NCBI GenBank assembly: GCA_964409645.1
Contig: CAYPEK010000002.1
Coordinates: 48,971 to 112,970 of the forward strand
Source of the DNA: an uncultured bacterium
Lineage (GTDB): Bacteria; UBP15; UBA6099
DNA: 64,000 nt
Direction of reading: 5' to 3'
In this document: one piece after another, positions 19,264 through 29,492 of the stretch
Numbering within the stretch: the first letter of the stretch is position 1
Layout of the letters: the number at the start of each line of letters is the position of its first letter
The notes under the pieces: model-generated
What the model was told of the DNA's origin: nothing
Database searches by the model: none
The model's input: only the letters and a program-made list of their open reading frames with translations
Made by a program: the position numbers and the translations under genes

Positions 19264-20793
19264 TTACTCCGCCTTCAGAGTGAAAAGCCGTCCGAAATCC
19301 TTCGGCGCGGCCGTTATCGCTTCGAGTTCTTTGCCGGACGCGAGCGCGGCGGTTTCCGATACTATGATTTTATTTCCGGTGACTTTCGTAAGGGTCTCCA
19401 TTCTTATTGTCTTATCGACTTCTTCTCCCATGATCGTAAATGCTTTTTTTCTGTCGTCGCCGAGGTTGCCCATCAGCACATTACATGTATGAATCGCGAT
19501 GCCCGACGTAAGCGGGATCATGCCCCGTGCCGTCCATGAGTCGTTCAGCTTTTCAAGCGCGCGCGACATAGCCGTCGCGGCATTGATCGTGTTCGCGGCA
19601 TGTTCGGGGTCAGGCGCGGGCGCACCCCAGTAAGCTATAACGCAGTCGCCGATGAATTTGTCGATCGTCCCCTTGTTTTGGAAGATGACGTCCACCATCG
19701 CTGTAAAATATTCGTTCAACTGGGAAACAAGTTCGCGCGCCGGGATTTTCTCGGACAGCGCGGTGAAATCGCGGATGTCGGACACGAGCACCGTCACTTC
19801 CTGCCATCGGCCCGCGAGCAGGCCGGGATGCTCGAGCACGTAGTCGGCGATCGAAGAGGAGACGTAACGGGAAAACAATTCGTGCATCTGTTCTTCACGT
19901 AGTTTTTCTTCCTGACGCTCTTTTTCCTGAGTTATATTGTGGATTGCGCCGCCCGCCGATTCGGCGATTGTTCTTGCTATCGAGAGCTCTTTCTCCGAGA
20001 AGTTGTCTCCGCTTTTCCTGTCCATGAGCATGAATGCGCCGTAAACGGTATTTTCATACGAGACAGGCGCCGCCATCAAAGCCCTGACATTTGCCGCCCG
20101 TTTGCCCACCGTGACCCGTGTGTCGTTTTCCGTACTGCTCGTCATGAACGGCGCGTTATTGCGGACGCACCAGACGAGAATGTTGTCAGAGGAAGGGATT
20201 GCCGTTTCTCCGATGAGTTTCTCGTCGCCGAACGCCGCTACCAGCGACCATTCGGATATGTCGCCACCGCCTTCATTTCTGAGGAGAATCACGCCGGATG
20301 CGGCTTCCGTCAGCAGGGCGGCCTCCCGGCAAGCGCTCATCAATACCGAACGCTCGTCGGTCGCCCCGAAAATTCGCATCAGAACACCCGAAAGGTTTTC
20401 GATGTATCTCCGGGTTTTCCGCGTCTCGCCCATTGTTCCGCCCATAATGATGCCGAAAAGCAAGTAGGAGACTAACAGCAGAACGGAGGTCTCGGGTTTG
20501 AACTGATATAATTTGTCCGGCGTTTCGATGGGGATTATCGGCGTGAACAGTATCAGTACGAGCAGACTTGCAAGAAATCCGCCCCTGAATCCGAAAGAGG
20601 CTCCGGCGTGATACATCGGGATCAACATGACAAAGCGGAGAACATTGTGGTACGGCCAAGCCTGAAGGAGGGATATCAATATTATCAGATAAACAACGAT
20701 GATTTCCGCGAAAATAAGCACCCGGCGGGTTTTGTCGGGCAGGTTTCGCAACGCATCTATAATGTTTGCTTTTTCCGCTGGCCGCGGCTTCAT
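19264..20793 (-). CDS. Membrane-anchored GAF / class III adenylyl cyclase (cyclase 2)
   Basis: About 4 N-terminal TM helices, a GAF-like region, then VTVLVSDIRDFTAL (canonical metal Asp) and DKFIGDCVIAYWGAP. The second half is degenerate: IMGEEVDKTIRME replaces the GDTVNxAAR motif. Confidence 0.85.
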   Translation of the reverse strand: MKPRPAEKANIIDALRNLPDKTRRVLIFAEIIVVYLIILISLLQAWPYHNVLRFVMLIPMYHAGASFGFRGGFLASLLVLILFTPIIPIETPDKLYQFKPETSVLLLVSYLLFGIIMGGTMGETRKTRRYIENLSGVLMRIFGATDERSVLMSACREAALLTEAASGVILLRNEGGGDISEWSLVAAFGDEKLIGETAIPSSDNILVWCVRNNAPFMTSSTENDTRVTVGKRAANVRALMAAPVSYENTVYGAFMLMDRKSGDNFSEKELSIARTIAESAGGAIHNITQEKERQEEKLREEQMHELFSRYVSSSIADYVLEHPGLLAGRWQEVTVLVSDIRDFTALSEKIPARELVSQLNEYFTAMVDVIFQNKGTIDKFIGDCVIAYWGAPAPDPEHAANTINAATAMSRALEKLNDSWTARGMIPLTSGIAIHTCNVLMGNLGDDRKKAFTIMGEEVDKTIRMETLTKVTGNKIIVSETAALASGKELEAITAAPKDFGRLFTLKAE

Positions 20794-20944
20794 TCAAAAC
20801 CGTCCAGAAGTGCCGAATGATAAATAACAATGGAATATCGTAGTTCAAACAAAGGATTGTGTCAAAATTGTTATGTCGCAAAAAACGGATCCTTGTGATA
20901 AATTAATATACTGGTATTGTGAGATTTATAGTAGGGGGTATTCA

Positions 20945-23710
20945 GTGAAAAGAATACATTATTTGATTATCGTTATTACGGCAGTTTTATTTCTGGCATC
21001 GGGGGCACTGTCGGCGGAAAAACCGTTTTATTTCACCGCGCCCGCTGGAGATCAGCCCGCGACGATAGATAAAAAGAGCGGCGTCTTCATTATCCCGAAT
21101 GGGCGGATGCTGACTCCGTGGGGAAAGCAATTCATGTTGCCGCCACATCCGTACGGACTCGCAATCTCGAAGGACGGCAAAACCGCCGCCGCTCTACAGA
21201 CCACCAACAAACCGAATTACGTCGCGATTGTCAGAAATCTCGACACGGATAAGCCGCGCGTCGTCCAGATCCGCGCGGACAAGATGACGCTGACCGGCGC
21301 GTTTATGGGGCTCGCGTTCTCAGCGGACGATTCTCTTCTCTACGTTTCCGCCGGAAACGACGGCACGGTTGCTATCATTGATGTCGAATCGATGAAGATA
21401 ACGAAAACGGTGAGCCTGAACGGTAAGTTCACGGACGGCTCGTTTAAGGACGCTTATACGGGCGACATTATTCTGTCGCCGGACGGCAAAACTCTGTACG
21501 CGATAGATCAGGCGAATTTTCGTGTGGTCGCCATCGACGTCGCGTCGTTTGAGGTGAAGGCGAACTATCTCGTCGGCCGCTATCCGTTCGGACTGTCGCT
21601 GTCGCCGGACGGCAAAATATTGTACGTGGTCAATTCCGGGATGTTTGTTTACTCGCTCGTCGAGGGGTATAAAAGCGCCGACGCGAAAAACACGGGACTC
21701 GATTTCCCGCCATTCGGTTTTCCGTCGGACGAGGCGCGCGACGGTGTGACGATCGACGGGAAAAAAGTCCCGGGACTCGGCGACCCGAATGTGATCGAAT
21801 CGCTCAGCCTTTGGGCGCTCGATATTTCTAAACCGGGCCCGGCTCAACCAGTCTATAAAGTAAAAACCGGCCCGAAAGTAGGCGAGGACGTCGGCGAGTA
21901 CGAGACGTGCGGCGGTTCGAGCCCGACGGCTGTAACCGCCACGGCGGACAAGGTGTTTGTCTCCAATGAGCACACGGACACCGTCGCTGTCTTCAACGCC
22001 GCCACGGGCGAACTGATCAAGCAGATTTCGCTGATTCCGGTTCCGGAACTTGGTGCGCTGAAGGGCGTGATGCCGTTCGGACTCGCGCTCAGCCCGGACG
22101 GATCTCGCCTCTATGTCGCGGAGGCCGGCATCAACGCGGTGGGAGTCATCGACACGGCCGCACTTGCCGTGCTCGGCCACATTCCGGTCGGCTGGTGGCC
22201 GTCGATGCTGCGTGTTACCGCCGACGGGAGCAAGCTGCTCGTGACCAACGCGAAAGGCTACGGCTCCGGCCCGAACGCCGGATCGAAATTCATCGCAAGC
22301 GTGGATGGCACCTATGTCGGCCGGCTTATGAAGGGTACACTGAGCGTGATCCCGCTGCCGGTGGACGACAAACTAAAAGAGGGCACGGAGCTTGTAATCA
22401 AGAATAACGGTTTCGAGCCGGTGGTTGACGATACGCAATTAAAACCGGTTTCGCGAACGTTCGGCTCGCCGAGCGCCGAGATCAAGTATGTCGTGTTCAT
22501 AACTAAGGAGAACCGCACTTATGACGAGGTTTTCGGAGACCTGAAATACGACAATGGCCGGGCGGCGGAGGGACTGCCGGACCTCGCCCGTTTCGGGATG
22601 AGCGCTTCGGTTTCCAACGGAGCGATCGGCAAGAGCTACGATAACGTGCAGGTGACGCCGAACCACCACGCTCTGGCGTACGCTTACGGCATCGGCGACA
22701 ACTTCTTTGTCGATTCGGACGTCAGCATAGACGGCCACCACTGGCTGGTCGGGACCTACCCGAACGAGTGGGTGGAGACAAATGTCAACGCGGCATACAG
22801 CGGAAACAGGGACCTGAAGATCGACAGCGACGCGCCCGGCCGGCACGCTGGCGGAACCTGCGCGATCGAGCCGGAGGATTACAACGAGGCCGGTTCGATA
22901 TGGGAACATCTCGAACGCAACGGGATCACAATGCGCAACTGGGGCGAAGGTTTTGAGATGGGTGGCGCAGCGGAATGGGAGGGGCTCGAACCCACGGGTG
23001 TCAGAATCCCGCTTAACATCCCGATACCCAAGGCGCTGTTTGACAACACGTCGCGCGAGTTCCCGACCTTTAATATGAACATTCCCGATAAATACCGCGC
23101 GGATCAGTTCATTGGAGAATTCACCGAGCGCTACGTCAAAGGCTCCGAGCCGCTGCCGTCGTTCCTCAACATCTACCTGCCGAACGACCACACGTCGGGC
23201 GAGAAGCCGGATGCCGGGTATCCGTTCCGAGCTTCGTTCGTGGCGGATAACGACCTCGCGCTCGGCCGCGTTATCGACACGCTTTCGCACTCGAAATACT
23301 GGAAGAACATGGCTGTGTTCGTCACCGAAGACGACCCGCAGGGCGGGGTGGACCACGTGGACGCGCACCGCAGCATCCTCATGGTTATCGGGCCGTATGT
23401 GAAGCGCGGATATGTTTCGCACAGGCATACGAGCATCGTCAGCATAATAAAAACGATCAACCTGATACTCGGCGCGCCGCCGCTCAACCAGTACGACGCG
23501 GCAGCCGCGGACCTGACGGATTTCTTCACGACCGAACCGGACTTTGCGCCTTATACTTTCATACCGTCCGACAAGCGCGTGTTCGATCCGGATGTTATCA
23601 CGCCCGTGAAAAGCATCTACAAGCTCGATGGCGGCGAACCGCTCGACGACCCGGAGACCATCGAAAAGGAACACAAGCAGCGCGTCGAGGACGGAAGGAC
23701 GCCGAAGTAA
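20945..23710 (+). CDS. YncE-type (YVTN) beta-propeller fused to a phosphoesterase domain (phospholipase C / AcpA acid phosphatase family)
   Basis: N-terminal repeated beta-propeller blades (YVSAGNDGTVAIIDV, LYAIDQANFRVVAIDV, VFVSNEHTDTVAVFNA, LYVAEAGINAVGVIDT). C-terminal phosphoesterase signatures KYVVFITKENRTYDEVFG and MAVFVTEDDPQGGVDHVDAHRS...SHRHTSIVSII. Start placed at the GTG at 20945, which follows AGGGGG and precedes a hydrophobic signal/anchor; the ORF track gives the ATG at 20873. Confidence 0.8.
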   Translation: MKRIHYLIIVITAVLFLASGALSAEKPFYFTAPAGDQPATIDKKSGVFIIPNGRMLTPWGKQFMLPPHPYGLAISKDGKTAAALQTTNKPNYVAIVRNLDTDKPRVVQIRADKMTLTGAFMGLAFSADDSLLYVSAGNDGTVAIIDVESMKITKTVSLNGKFTDGSFKDAYTGDIILSPDGKTLYAIDQANFRVVAIDVASFEVKANYLVGRYPFGLSLSPDGKILYVVNSGMFVYSLVEGYKSADAKNTGLDFPPFGFPSDEARDGVTIDGKKVPGLGDPNVIESLSLWALDISKPGPAQPVYKVKTGPKVGEDVGEYETCGGSSPTAVTATADKVFVSNEHTDTVAVFNAATGELIKQISLIPVPELGALKGVMPFGLALSPDGSRLYVAEAGINAVGVIDTAALAVLGHIPVGWWPSMLRVTADGSKLLVTNAKGYGSGPNAGSKFIASVDGTYVGRLMKGTLSVIPLPVDDKLKEGTELVIKNNGFEPVVDDTQLKPVSRTFGSPSAEIKYVVFITKENRTYDEVFGDLKYDNGRAAEGLPDLARFGMSASVSNGAIGKSYDNVQVTPNHHALAYAYGIGDNFFVDSDVSIDGHHWLVGTYPNEWVETNVNAAYSGNRDLKIDSDAPGRHAGGTCAIEPEDYNEAGSIWEHLERNGITMRNWGEGFEMGGAAEWEGLEPTGVRIPLNIPIPKALFDNTSREFPTFNMNIPDKYRADQFIGEFTERYVKGSEPLPSFLNIYLPNDHTSGEKPDAGYPFRASFVADNDLALGRVIDTLSHSKYWKNMAVFVTEDDPQGGVDHVDAHRSILMVIGPYVKRGYVSHRHTSIVSIIKTINLILGAPPLNQYDAAAADLTDFFTTEPDFAPYTFIPSDKRVFDPDVITPVKSIYKLDGGEPLDDPETIEKEHKQRVEDGRTPK

Positions 23711-23751
23711 AGGCGGCAAGTTGCGTAAAAGAGAATAAGCGTGATCGGGAT

Positions 23752-25104
23752 TTAAGCCTTCATTTTCTGCAGGACCGACAGGGGAAGCGTCACCGAGGTC
23801 ATGTACACGGGGTTTTGCGCGCCTTCGAGGTCAATGCCGAAACATTCCCATGGCGCACCGCCGGCGCCTTTACGGAAATCGTAATTCCTCAGATGCTTGA
23901 TATATCGGTCGAATACTTCCTTCGAGAGTGATTCATCAACTGGGTAAAGGGCCTCGATCAGCCAACCTGTCGGCGTGTGCCAGTACGCGCCGTTCTGATA
24001 GAAACCTTTTCTGCTGCCTCCCTCCCATGCGGTTTCGGCAGAGAAGTCGTGCGTAGTCGGCACGTGCCTCACAGCGCCTTGATACTCAATCACATTTTTT
24101 TGCCGCACTGCCGCCGCAACGGTTTCACGTGCGTGTTTCTCAGCCTCCGAGGGGAGCACTCCGAGATGAATCGCGAAAAGCGTTGCCCACACGTCGGGTT
24201 GCCGGCACGTTTTCGTTGCGCCGAGCAGCCAGCCGCCGATGCTTTGCGGGTCGGCAAACAAAGGCACAATGTTGGCCGCGATCAGATCGGCGGTGTTGAT
24301 GAAGTCTTTCTCTTCGGGTCTGCCTGCTGCCTCGCACAAATCCGCTATCTGTTTCGCCGCTCTCCAGCGCAACAGCGTAGCGAAGCACATCGCGCCCGTC
24401 ATGTAAATCGAATCATCGAAGCCAAACCCCACCGCTCCCCGCGGCGGATTGGACACCACCGCACCTGTTGCCGGATCGCTCTCCGGAGCCTTGAACGCCT
24501 TCATGAGACGGTCAATGATCGGCAACCCTTCCACCAATTCGGACAAAAAAGCAGCGTCTTTGGTATCGCGCAAGTATGCCCATGCGATATGGATGAAATA
24601 AAAGTGGTTGTCGGCTGGAGGAAGAACCCCGAACTTGTTGCACCCCAGAATATCGGTCGTATTCCTGTACACCGGCCGCCCATCAAGCATGATGCGGTCG
24701 GCGATTGAAAATACCGGAACAATGCAGCCGCCCGCTGGTTTCATTTCCTTATTTCCGCTCTGGCACTGCGCGATCAGCTTCAACCGCGGGAGCATTTCTT
24801 CCGGGCCGATAAGCCCGCAGTCGAGGCTCATTGCATAGTCGCGTATCCAGAACGCGGGATAGTCCCCGCCGGGTGTGATCAGCGTAATTCCGGTTGTGTT
24901 GATGCCGCCGCCGCGCTTTTTCGAGCCGGGCGCCACATGCGCAGCCTTCACAGTCGCTTCGGCGATCCCGCGAAGAAACTCCATCGATTTCGCATCCGGG
25001 AATGCCGCTGGCTTCTCCTGTGCGGCGCCGCGCATCGAAAAAACTCCCGTGGCGGCAGCCGACACGAACCAGAGCGCCGTCCTGCAGAATTCCCGCCGCG
25101 TCAT
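23752..25104 (-). CDS. TAT-exported putative (alpha/alpha)6-barrel glycoside hydrolase (GH15/GH63-like); weak call
   Basis: Twin-arginine signal MTRREFCRTALWFVSAAATG. FWIRDYAM resembles the WxRD motif of six-hairpin glycosidases. No stronger motif was recognised. Confidence 0.4.
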   Translation of the reverse strand: MTRREFCRTALWFVSAAATGVFSMRGAAQEKPAAFPDAKSMEFLRGIAEATVKAAHVAPGSKKRGGGINTTGITLITPGGDYPAFWIRDYAMSLDCGLIGPEEMLPRLKLIAQCQSGNKEMKPAGGCIVPVFSIADRIMLDGRPVYRNTTDILGCNKFGVLPPADNHFYFIHIAWAYLRDTKDAAFLSELVEGLPIIDRLMKAFKAPESDPATGAVVSNPPRGAVGFGFDDSIYMTGAMCFATLLRWRAAKQIADLCEAAGRPEEKDFINTADLIAANIVPLFADPQSIGGWLLGATKTCRQPDVWATLFAIHLGVLPSEAEKHARETVAAAVRQKNVIEYQGAVRHVPTTHDFSAETAWEGGSRKGFYQNGAYWHTPTGWLIEALYPVDESLSKEVFDRYIKHLRNYDFRKGAGGAPWECFGIDLEGAQNPVYMTSVTLPLSVLQKMKA

Positions 25105-25269
25105 ATCCGGGACCATCCCGTGCTCCTTTCATCCGTAGGCTTTTTACGATAGTTTAATATATACTACGAAGACGATACAAGCGCGGCTCCCGCCTGTAAA
25201 ATTCGCGCGAAAGAAGGATCATTTTGAACGAAATTCATCAAATTTTGTCTCCTTATTTTTGAAATAATA

Positions 25270-25296
25270 TCTTTATTGTCTAAAACAGCATGTTGA
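25270..25296 (+). promoter_or_regulatory. Candidate sigma-70 promoter for the lytic transglycosylase gene
   Basis: TTGTCT, then 18 nt, then TATAAT ending about 8 nt before the ORF-track start. Confidence 0.3.
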
Positions 25297-25303
25297 TGAT
25301 ATA

Positions 25304-26020
25304 ATGTCCGCAACAAAAAACCGGGATGGATATGTGTTGGCGAGATACATGAAAATCTGCGGTATGATCGTAATCCTTCTGAATGTGTGGGTTGCGGTAT
25401 GCCTTGCAGGTAACAATGAGCCTGTTTTCGCCACAGAGACGGTATATATCGCGCTTGACGAGCAAATGTCGCCGGAGATTCAAGGCTCTCAGGCTGACGA
25501 GCAGGGCGATGTGTCTCATGCCCGGTTAAAATTGTTTGTGAAGCGAATCGCGGGAAAAGGAGTCAGCAAAGCGGAGCAGGAGGAGATCGTGGAGCAGATA
25601 GTTCGCTACTCCCGGATACTCGGCATTCAGCCGGAGCTCGGTGCGGCGCTGATAGCAAAGGAATCCCGATTCAACCCTCGTGCCTCATCCCGCGGCTACA
25701 AAGGACTCGGACAGTTGGGCCCCGGCGCCGCCCGGAACAACGGTGTTAAAGACCCGTTTAATATTGAGCAGAACGTTAGGGGTACACTTTCGTATCTCAA
25801 ACAAATGATGGATATATGGGAAGGAAAGCCGGATCGAATCGAACGTGCGCTGGCGTCCTTCAACTCTGGCGCGGGCGCTGTCAAAAGCCGGGGGCCCGGC
25901 ATTTCGAGAAAGTTTGTGAACGGCGTCCTGAAATATCACGCTGACATATTTAAATTGGACATGACGTTGCTTTTCAGCGAAGACACATTCAGCAAAACTC
26001 AAAACCCTGTCGGCGAATAG
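25304..26020 (+). CDS. Lytic transglycosylase (SLT domain) protein
   Basis: SLT catalytic region AKESRFNPRASSRGYKGLGQL and FNSGAGAV. An N-terminal hydrophobic anchor; an alternative start is at 25349. Confidence 0.8.
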   Translation: MSATKNRDGYVLARYMKICGMIVILLNVWVAVCLAGNNEPVFATETVYIALDEQMSPEIQGSQADEQGDVSHARLKLFVKRIAGKGVSKAEQEEIVEQIVRYSRILGIQPELGAALIAKESRFNPRASSRGYKGLGQLGPGAARNNGVKDPFNIEQNVRGTLSYLKQMMDIWEGKPDRIERALASFNSGAGAVKSRGPGISRKFVNGVLKYHADIFKLDMTLLFSEDTFSKTQNPVGE

Positions 26021-26157
26021 TAGCTTCCAAGCACGATATCATTTTTCCGGCTCTCTTATACCTAATATATGAATTCCATCGACTAAAACACTTTTGAAAG
26101 AATGTATAATGTATTTCGATAATATGGGTATTTTGGCCGTGATATATGGAGGCAAAA

Positions 26158-26583
26158 ATGTCAGATATCATCATAAAAGAAGGGTGCGAAAACATGGACT
26201 TCGAGAAAGTCACGTCCATGCTCGCTACCGCGTTCTGGAGCGTGGGAATCGGGATCGAGGAAGTCGAAAAGGGTGCGCGGAATTCGGCGCTCGTCATCGG
26301 AGCGTTTCTGTCCGACAACATGCAGATCGGCTACACGCGCGTCATCTCCGACAAGACGCGTTTCGCTTATGTGCTCGATGTATTCGTGGACGAAAACCAT
26401 CGGAACAAAGGCGTCGCGCGTAAAATGATGGAGTACACACTTTCAAACGAAGGACTGAAAGACGTCTATCAATGGACTCTGATCACACAAGATGCGCAGG
26501 GGCTGTACAGCAAATTCGGATTCGCGCTACCTGCTAACAATATCTACTGGATGGAAATCCGCCGCAAACGACCGGAAAGATAG
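26158..26583 (+). CDS. GNAT family N-acetyltransferase
   Basis: GNAT acetyl-CoA binding region VFVDENHRNKGVARKMMEYTL. GGAGG lies 5 nt before the ATG at 26158; the ORF track starts at 26146. Confidence 0.8.
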   Translation: MSDIIIKEGCENMDFEKVTSMLATAFWSVGIGIEEVEKGARNSALVIGAFLSDNMQIGYTRVISDKTRFAYVLDVFVDENHRNKGVARKMMEYTLSNEGLKDVYQWTLITQDAQGLYSKFGFALPANNIYWMEIRRKRPER

Positions 26584-26658
26584 AACAGTCCGCAAATAGC
26601 ATTTGCTTAAATGCAACTCTTTATTTGGCGGATGCATTTCGGCAACGAACTACTGACC

Positions 26659-26696
26659 AAAAAAAAGAAGACGCCTTATTTGAAAAGCGTCTCCTC
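26659..26696 (-). terminator. Rho-independent terminator downstream of the GH3 gene (read on the minus strand)
   Basis: Inverted repeat GAAGACGC...GCGTCTCC with a 12-nt loop. On the minus strand it is followed by a run of 8 T (the plus-strand AAAAAAAA at 26659-26666). Confidence 0.6.
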
Positions 26697-26727
26697 TTAA
26701 TGTGCTTTTATATTGCTGCTCGGACAG

Positions 26728-29409
26728 TTACTTCAGCGTTACGTCGCCGGACAGGCGGATGTCGCGTGACGATGCGCCGACCTGTATCTGGAATTTGCCC
26801 GGCTCGGCCGTCCACTTGTTCGTTTTCGGATCGAAGAAACTGAACGACGATTCGTCGAGCGTGACTGTGACGAGCTGCTTTTCGCCGGGCTTGAGTGCGA
26901 CTTTTTTGAAGCCCTTGAGTTCGCGCGGCGGGCGCGGCGCTCCGGCGACGTAGTCGTGGACATATACCTCGGCGATTTCCTTGCCTTCACGCTTGCCCGT
27001 GTTCGTCACGTTGAACGACACTTGCACTTTCATCTTCCCCTTCGAGATCGCGGCAGGCGTGATCTTAAGGTCGGAGTATTTGAATGTAGTGTATGAGAGC
27101 CCGTGGCCGAACGGGAACAGGACTTTCATCTTGTTCTCGTCGTAGTATCTGTAGCCGACGAAGATGCCTTCGCTGTAGTTGACGCTGCCGGCTTTGCCCG
27201 GGAAGTCGAGCGGGCTGCGCGACGGCGCCGTGTCCGAGTATTTGACCGGCCAAGTCATCGTGGTTTTGCCGGACGGGTTGACGTCGCCAAACAGCACCTC
27301 GCCGAGCGCGCGGCCGCCTTCGGTGCCGCCGAACCACATATCGATGACTCCCGGCACTCTGTCGATCCACGAGTGGAGGTCGAGCGGCGATCCGTTCGCG
27401 AGCACGACGATCGTGCGCGGGTTGGCCTTGCTGATTTTCTCGATGAGTTCGTTCTGTCGGCCGGGAAGGTCCATGTATTCGCGGTCGTAGCCTTCGCGTT
27501 CGAGGTCGTTGTACGTGCCGAGCACGACGATCGCGATGTCGCTCTTCGCCGCGAGGTCCACCGCGTCCTGAAGCGGATGGTGGCCGGGCATGATCCATTT
27601 CAGTTTGAGTTCTTTCGCGTATTCGCCCGTCGTCTCGAAGTCGAGTTTGAGGTCGTACGCGCGACCGCCCTTGAGTTTGATCTCCGCAGTCTTCGCCGAT
27701 GTCGGGAAGAACGCGTAGTTGCTGATTACCGTCTTGCCGTCGAGCGAGAACGAAGCCCGCTGGTTGTTGATGAGGATGAATGTATATGTGCCGTCAACGG
27801 GCGGAATCAGTTTGCCCTTGTATCTGACGGAGAAGTTTTCGTTGTTGACCGGGGAGGGCGGCCGATTGCTTCGCCAGTCGTTGTCGATGTTCTGAACGAT
27901 GCTTGTGCGATAGGGGCGTTTCTTGTCCTTGTCGATGTAGTATTCAAATTTGAGTCCGTTGTTGGCGCCGGAGTTTGAAGCGACGCTCGCTGCCATCAGG
28001 ATTCCATTGTTGTCCTTATTATCGCCCGCCGCGGCTTCGGCTTTCGCCGGCGCGTCCGGCGGAAGGAAGTATGCCGGGGAGATTTCTTCATACTCGACGC
28101 CCTGCTGGATGTCGCAGCCCTGCGCGTGGGAGATTTTGATGTTTGCTCCGGCCTGCTTCATGATGCCTTCGAGTGGCGACACCGCGTAGAACGGATCGAC
28201 CTGCGAGCTGCCGCCGCCGCCGACGCGCGCCACGTCGGCGTTCGGGCCGATCACGGCAATCGTTTTTACTTTCTTCCTATCTATTGGAAGGATATTTTTA
28301 TCGTTTTTGAGAAGCGTGATGCTTTCGCGCGCGACCGTTAGCGCCATCGCGCGGCTTTCAGGCGAGTCAACCCATTTCGGGTCGAACACGATCTTGTGGT
28401 CGTAGAGTCCTGACACGAACATGACGCGCAGGACGCGCGCCACTTTGTCGTCGATTACGGATTCCGGCACTTTACCTTCCTTCACTGCCTTGTAAAGCGC
28501 ATCGCCGGTGTATTCGCCGGTCGGCATCTCGATGTCCATCCCCGACATTGCCGTGGGGATCGTGCTATGCACCGCGCCCCAGTCGGAAAGCACGACATAC
28601 TTGTAGCCCCAGTCTTTCTTGAGTATGTCCGTCAGCAGGTGCGTGTTCTCGCAAGCGTGCGTGCCGTTGATCTTGTTGTACGAGCACATGATCGTCCACG
28701 GGTTTGCTTCCAACACGGCGGCTTTGAATTGCGGAAGGTAGATTTCCTGCATCGTGCGCTCGTCCGTCACGACGCTGATCGAGCTGCGCTCGGTTTCCTG
28801 ATTGTTCATCGCGAAGTGCTTGAGCGAAGCGGCCACGCCGGTGCTCTGGAGACCGTTAATGAAGGAGACAGTGATGCGGCCCGCGAGGAACGGGTCTTCG
28901 GAATAGCTCTCGAAGTTCCTTCCGCCGAGCGGCCAGCGATGGATGTTGACGCACGGCCCGAGAAGGACGTTCTTGCCCTTCGCGAGTGTTTCGTGGCCGA
29001 GCACCACCGCCGCTTTTTCGATCAGGGGCGGGTTCCATGTCGAGGCGAGCCCGACGCCTGTCAGCATCGGTGTTGACATGCCGGCTCTGACTCCGAACGG
29101 TCCGTCCGACATGAGGAGCCTCGGGATTCCGAGTCGCGGAACCGGCCGCGTTGACGCATCCGATATGCTTTCGTCGCCGTGTATCAGCCCCATTTTTTCT
29201 TCGAGAGTCAGGCGCGGCACAAGATCGGCCACTCTGTCCTCGATCGGCGCTTTCGGATTCGCGTACACGGGCGTTGCTTCCTCGGACGACTTCGTCACGT
29301 GAGGTATCAGCGCGAACGCGACAGCCGCTGTCAGTGCCGACAGCAGCCCGGTTACGGCTATTCGTGTCCTTCTCGGATTTGCGGCGTCTTTTGATCGGAA
29401 TCTCTTCAT
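26728..29409 (-). CDS. GH3 family beta-glucosidase/beta-hexosidase with a PA14 insert and a C-terminal Fn3-like domain
   Basis: GH3 motifs LGIPRLLMSDGPFGVR, KHFAMNNQE, and VVLSDWGAV (nucleophile Asp). PA14-like insert LKFEYYIDKDKK...PVDGTYTF. Start taken at MKRFRSK (29409). Confidence 0.9.
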   Translation of the reverse strand: MKRFRSKDAANPRRTRIAVTGLLSALTAAVAFALIPHVTKSSEEATPVYANPKAPIEDRVADLVPRLTLEEKMGLIHGDESISDASTRPVPRLGIPRLLMSDGPFGVRAGMSTPMLTGVGLASTWNPPLIEKAAVVLGHETLAKGKNVLLGPCVNIHRWPLGGRNFESYSEDPFLAGRITVSFINGLQSTGVAASLKHFAMNNQETERSSISVVTDERTMQEIYLPQFKAAVLEANPWTIMCSYNKINGTHACENTHLLTDILKKDWGYKYVVLSDWGAVHSTIPTAMSGMDIEMPTGEYTGDALYKAVKEGKVPESVIDDKVARVLRVMFVSGLYDHKIVFDPKWVDSPESRAMALTVARESITLLKNDKNILPIDRKKVKTIAVIGPNADVARVGGGGSSQVDPFYAVSPLEGIMKQAGANIKISHAQGCDIQQGVEYEEISPAYFLPPDAPAKAEAAAGDNKDNNGILMAASVASNSGANNGLKFEYYIDKDKKRPYRTSIVQNIDNDWRSNRPPSPVNNENFSVRYKGKLIPPVDGTYTFILINNQRASFSLDGKTVISNYAFFPTSAKTAEIKLKGGRAYDLKLDFETTGEYAKELKLKWIMPGHHPLQDAVDLAAKSDIAIVVLGTYNDLEREGYDREYMDLPGRQNELIEKISKANPRTIVVLANGSPLDLHSWIDRVPGVIDMWFGGTEGGRALGEVLFGDVNPSGKTTMTWPVKYSDTAPSRSPLDFPGKAGSVNYSEGIFVGYRYYDENKMKVLFPFGHGLSYTTFKYSDLKITPAAISKGKMKVQVSFNVTNTGKREGKEIAEVYVHDYVAGAPRPPRELKGFKKVALKPGEKQLVTVTLDESSFSFFDPKTNKWTAEPGKFQIQVGASSRDIRLSGDVTLK

Positions 29410-29492
29410 CGCTGTTTCTCCCTTTCCCAATTTCCAGTCTGTAAATGTTATCCGTATAGGCTGTCTATTGCAACTCCTGAATATTCAAAATA

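Noticed and set aside
20873-20944. ATG at 20873 as the start of the propeller/phosphoesterase gene
   Set aside because: The first 24 codons are not signal-like. A GTG at 20945 follows an AGGGGG ribosome-binding site and directly precedes the hydrophobic anchor, so I used that start.
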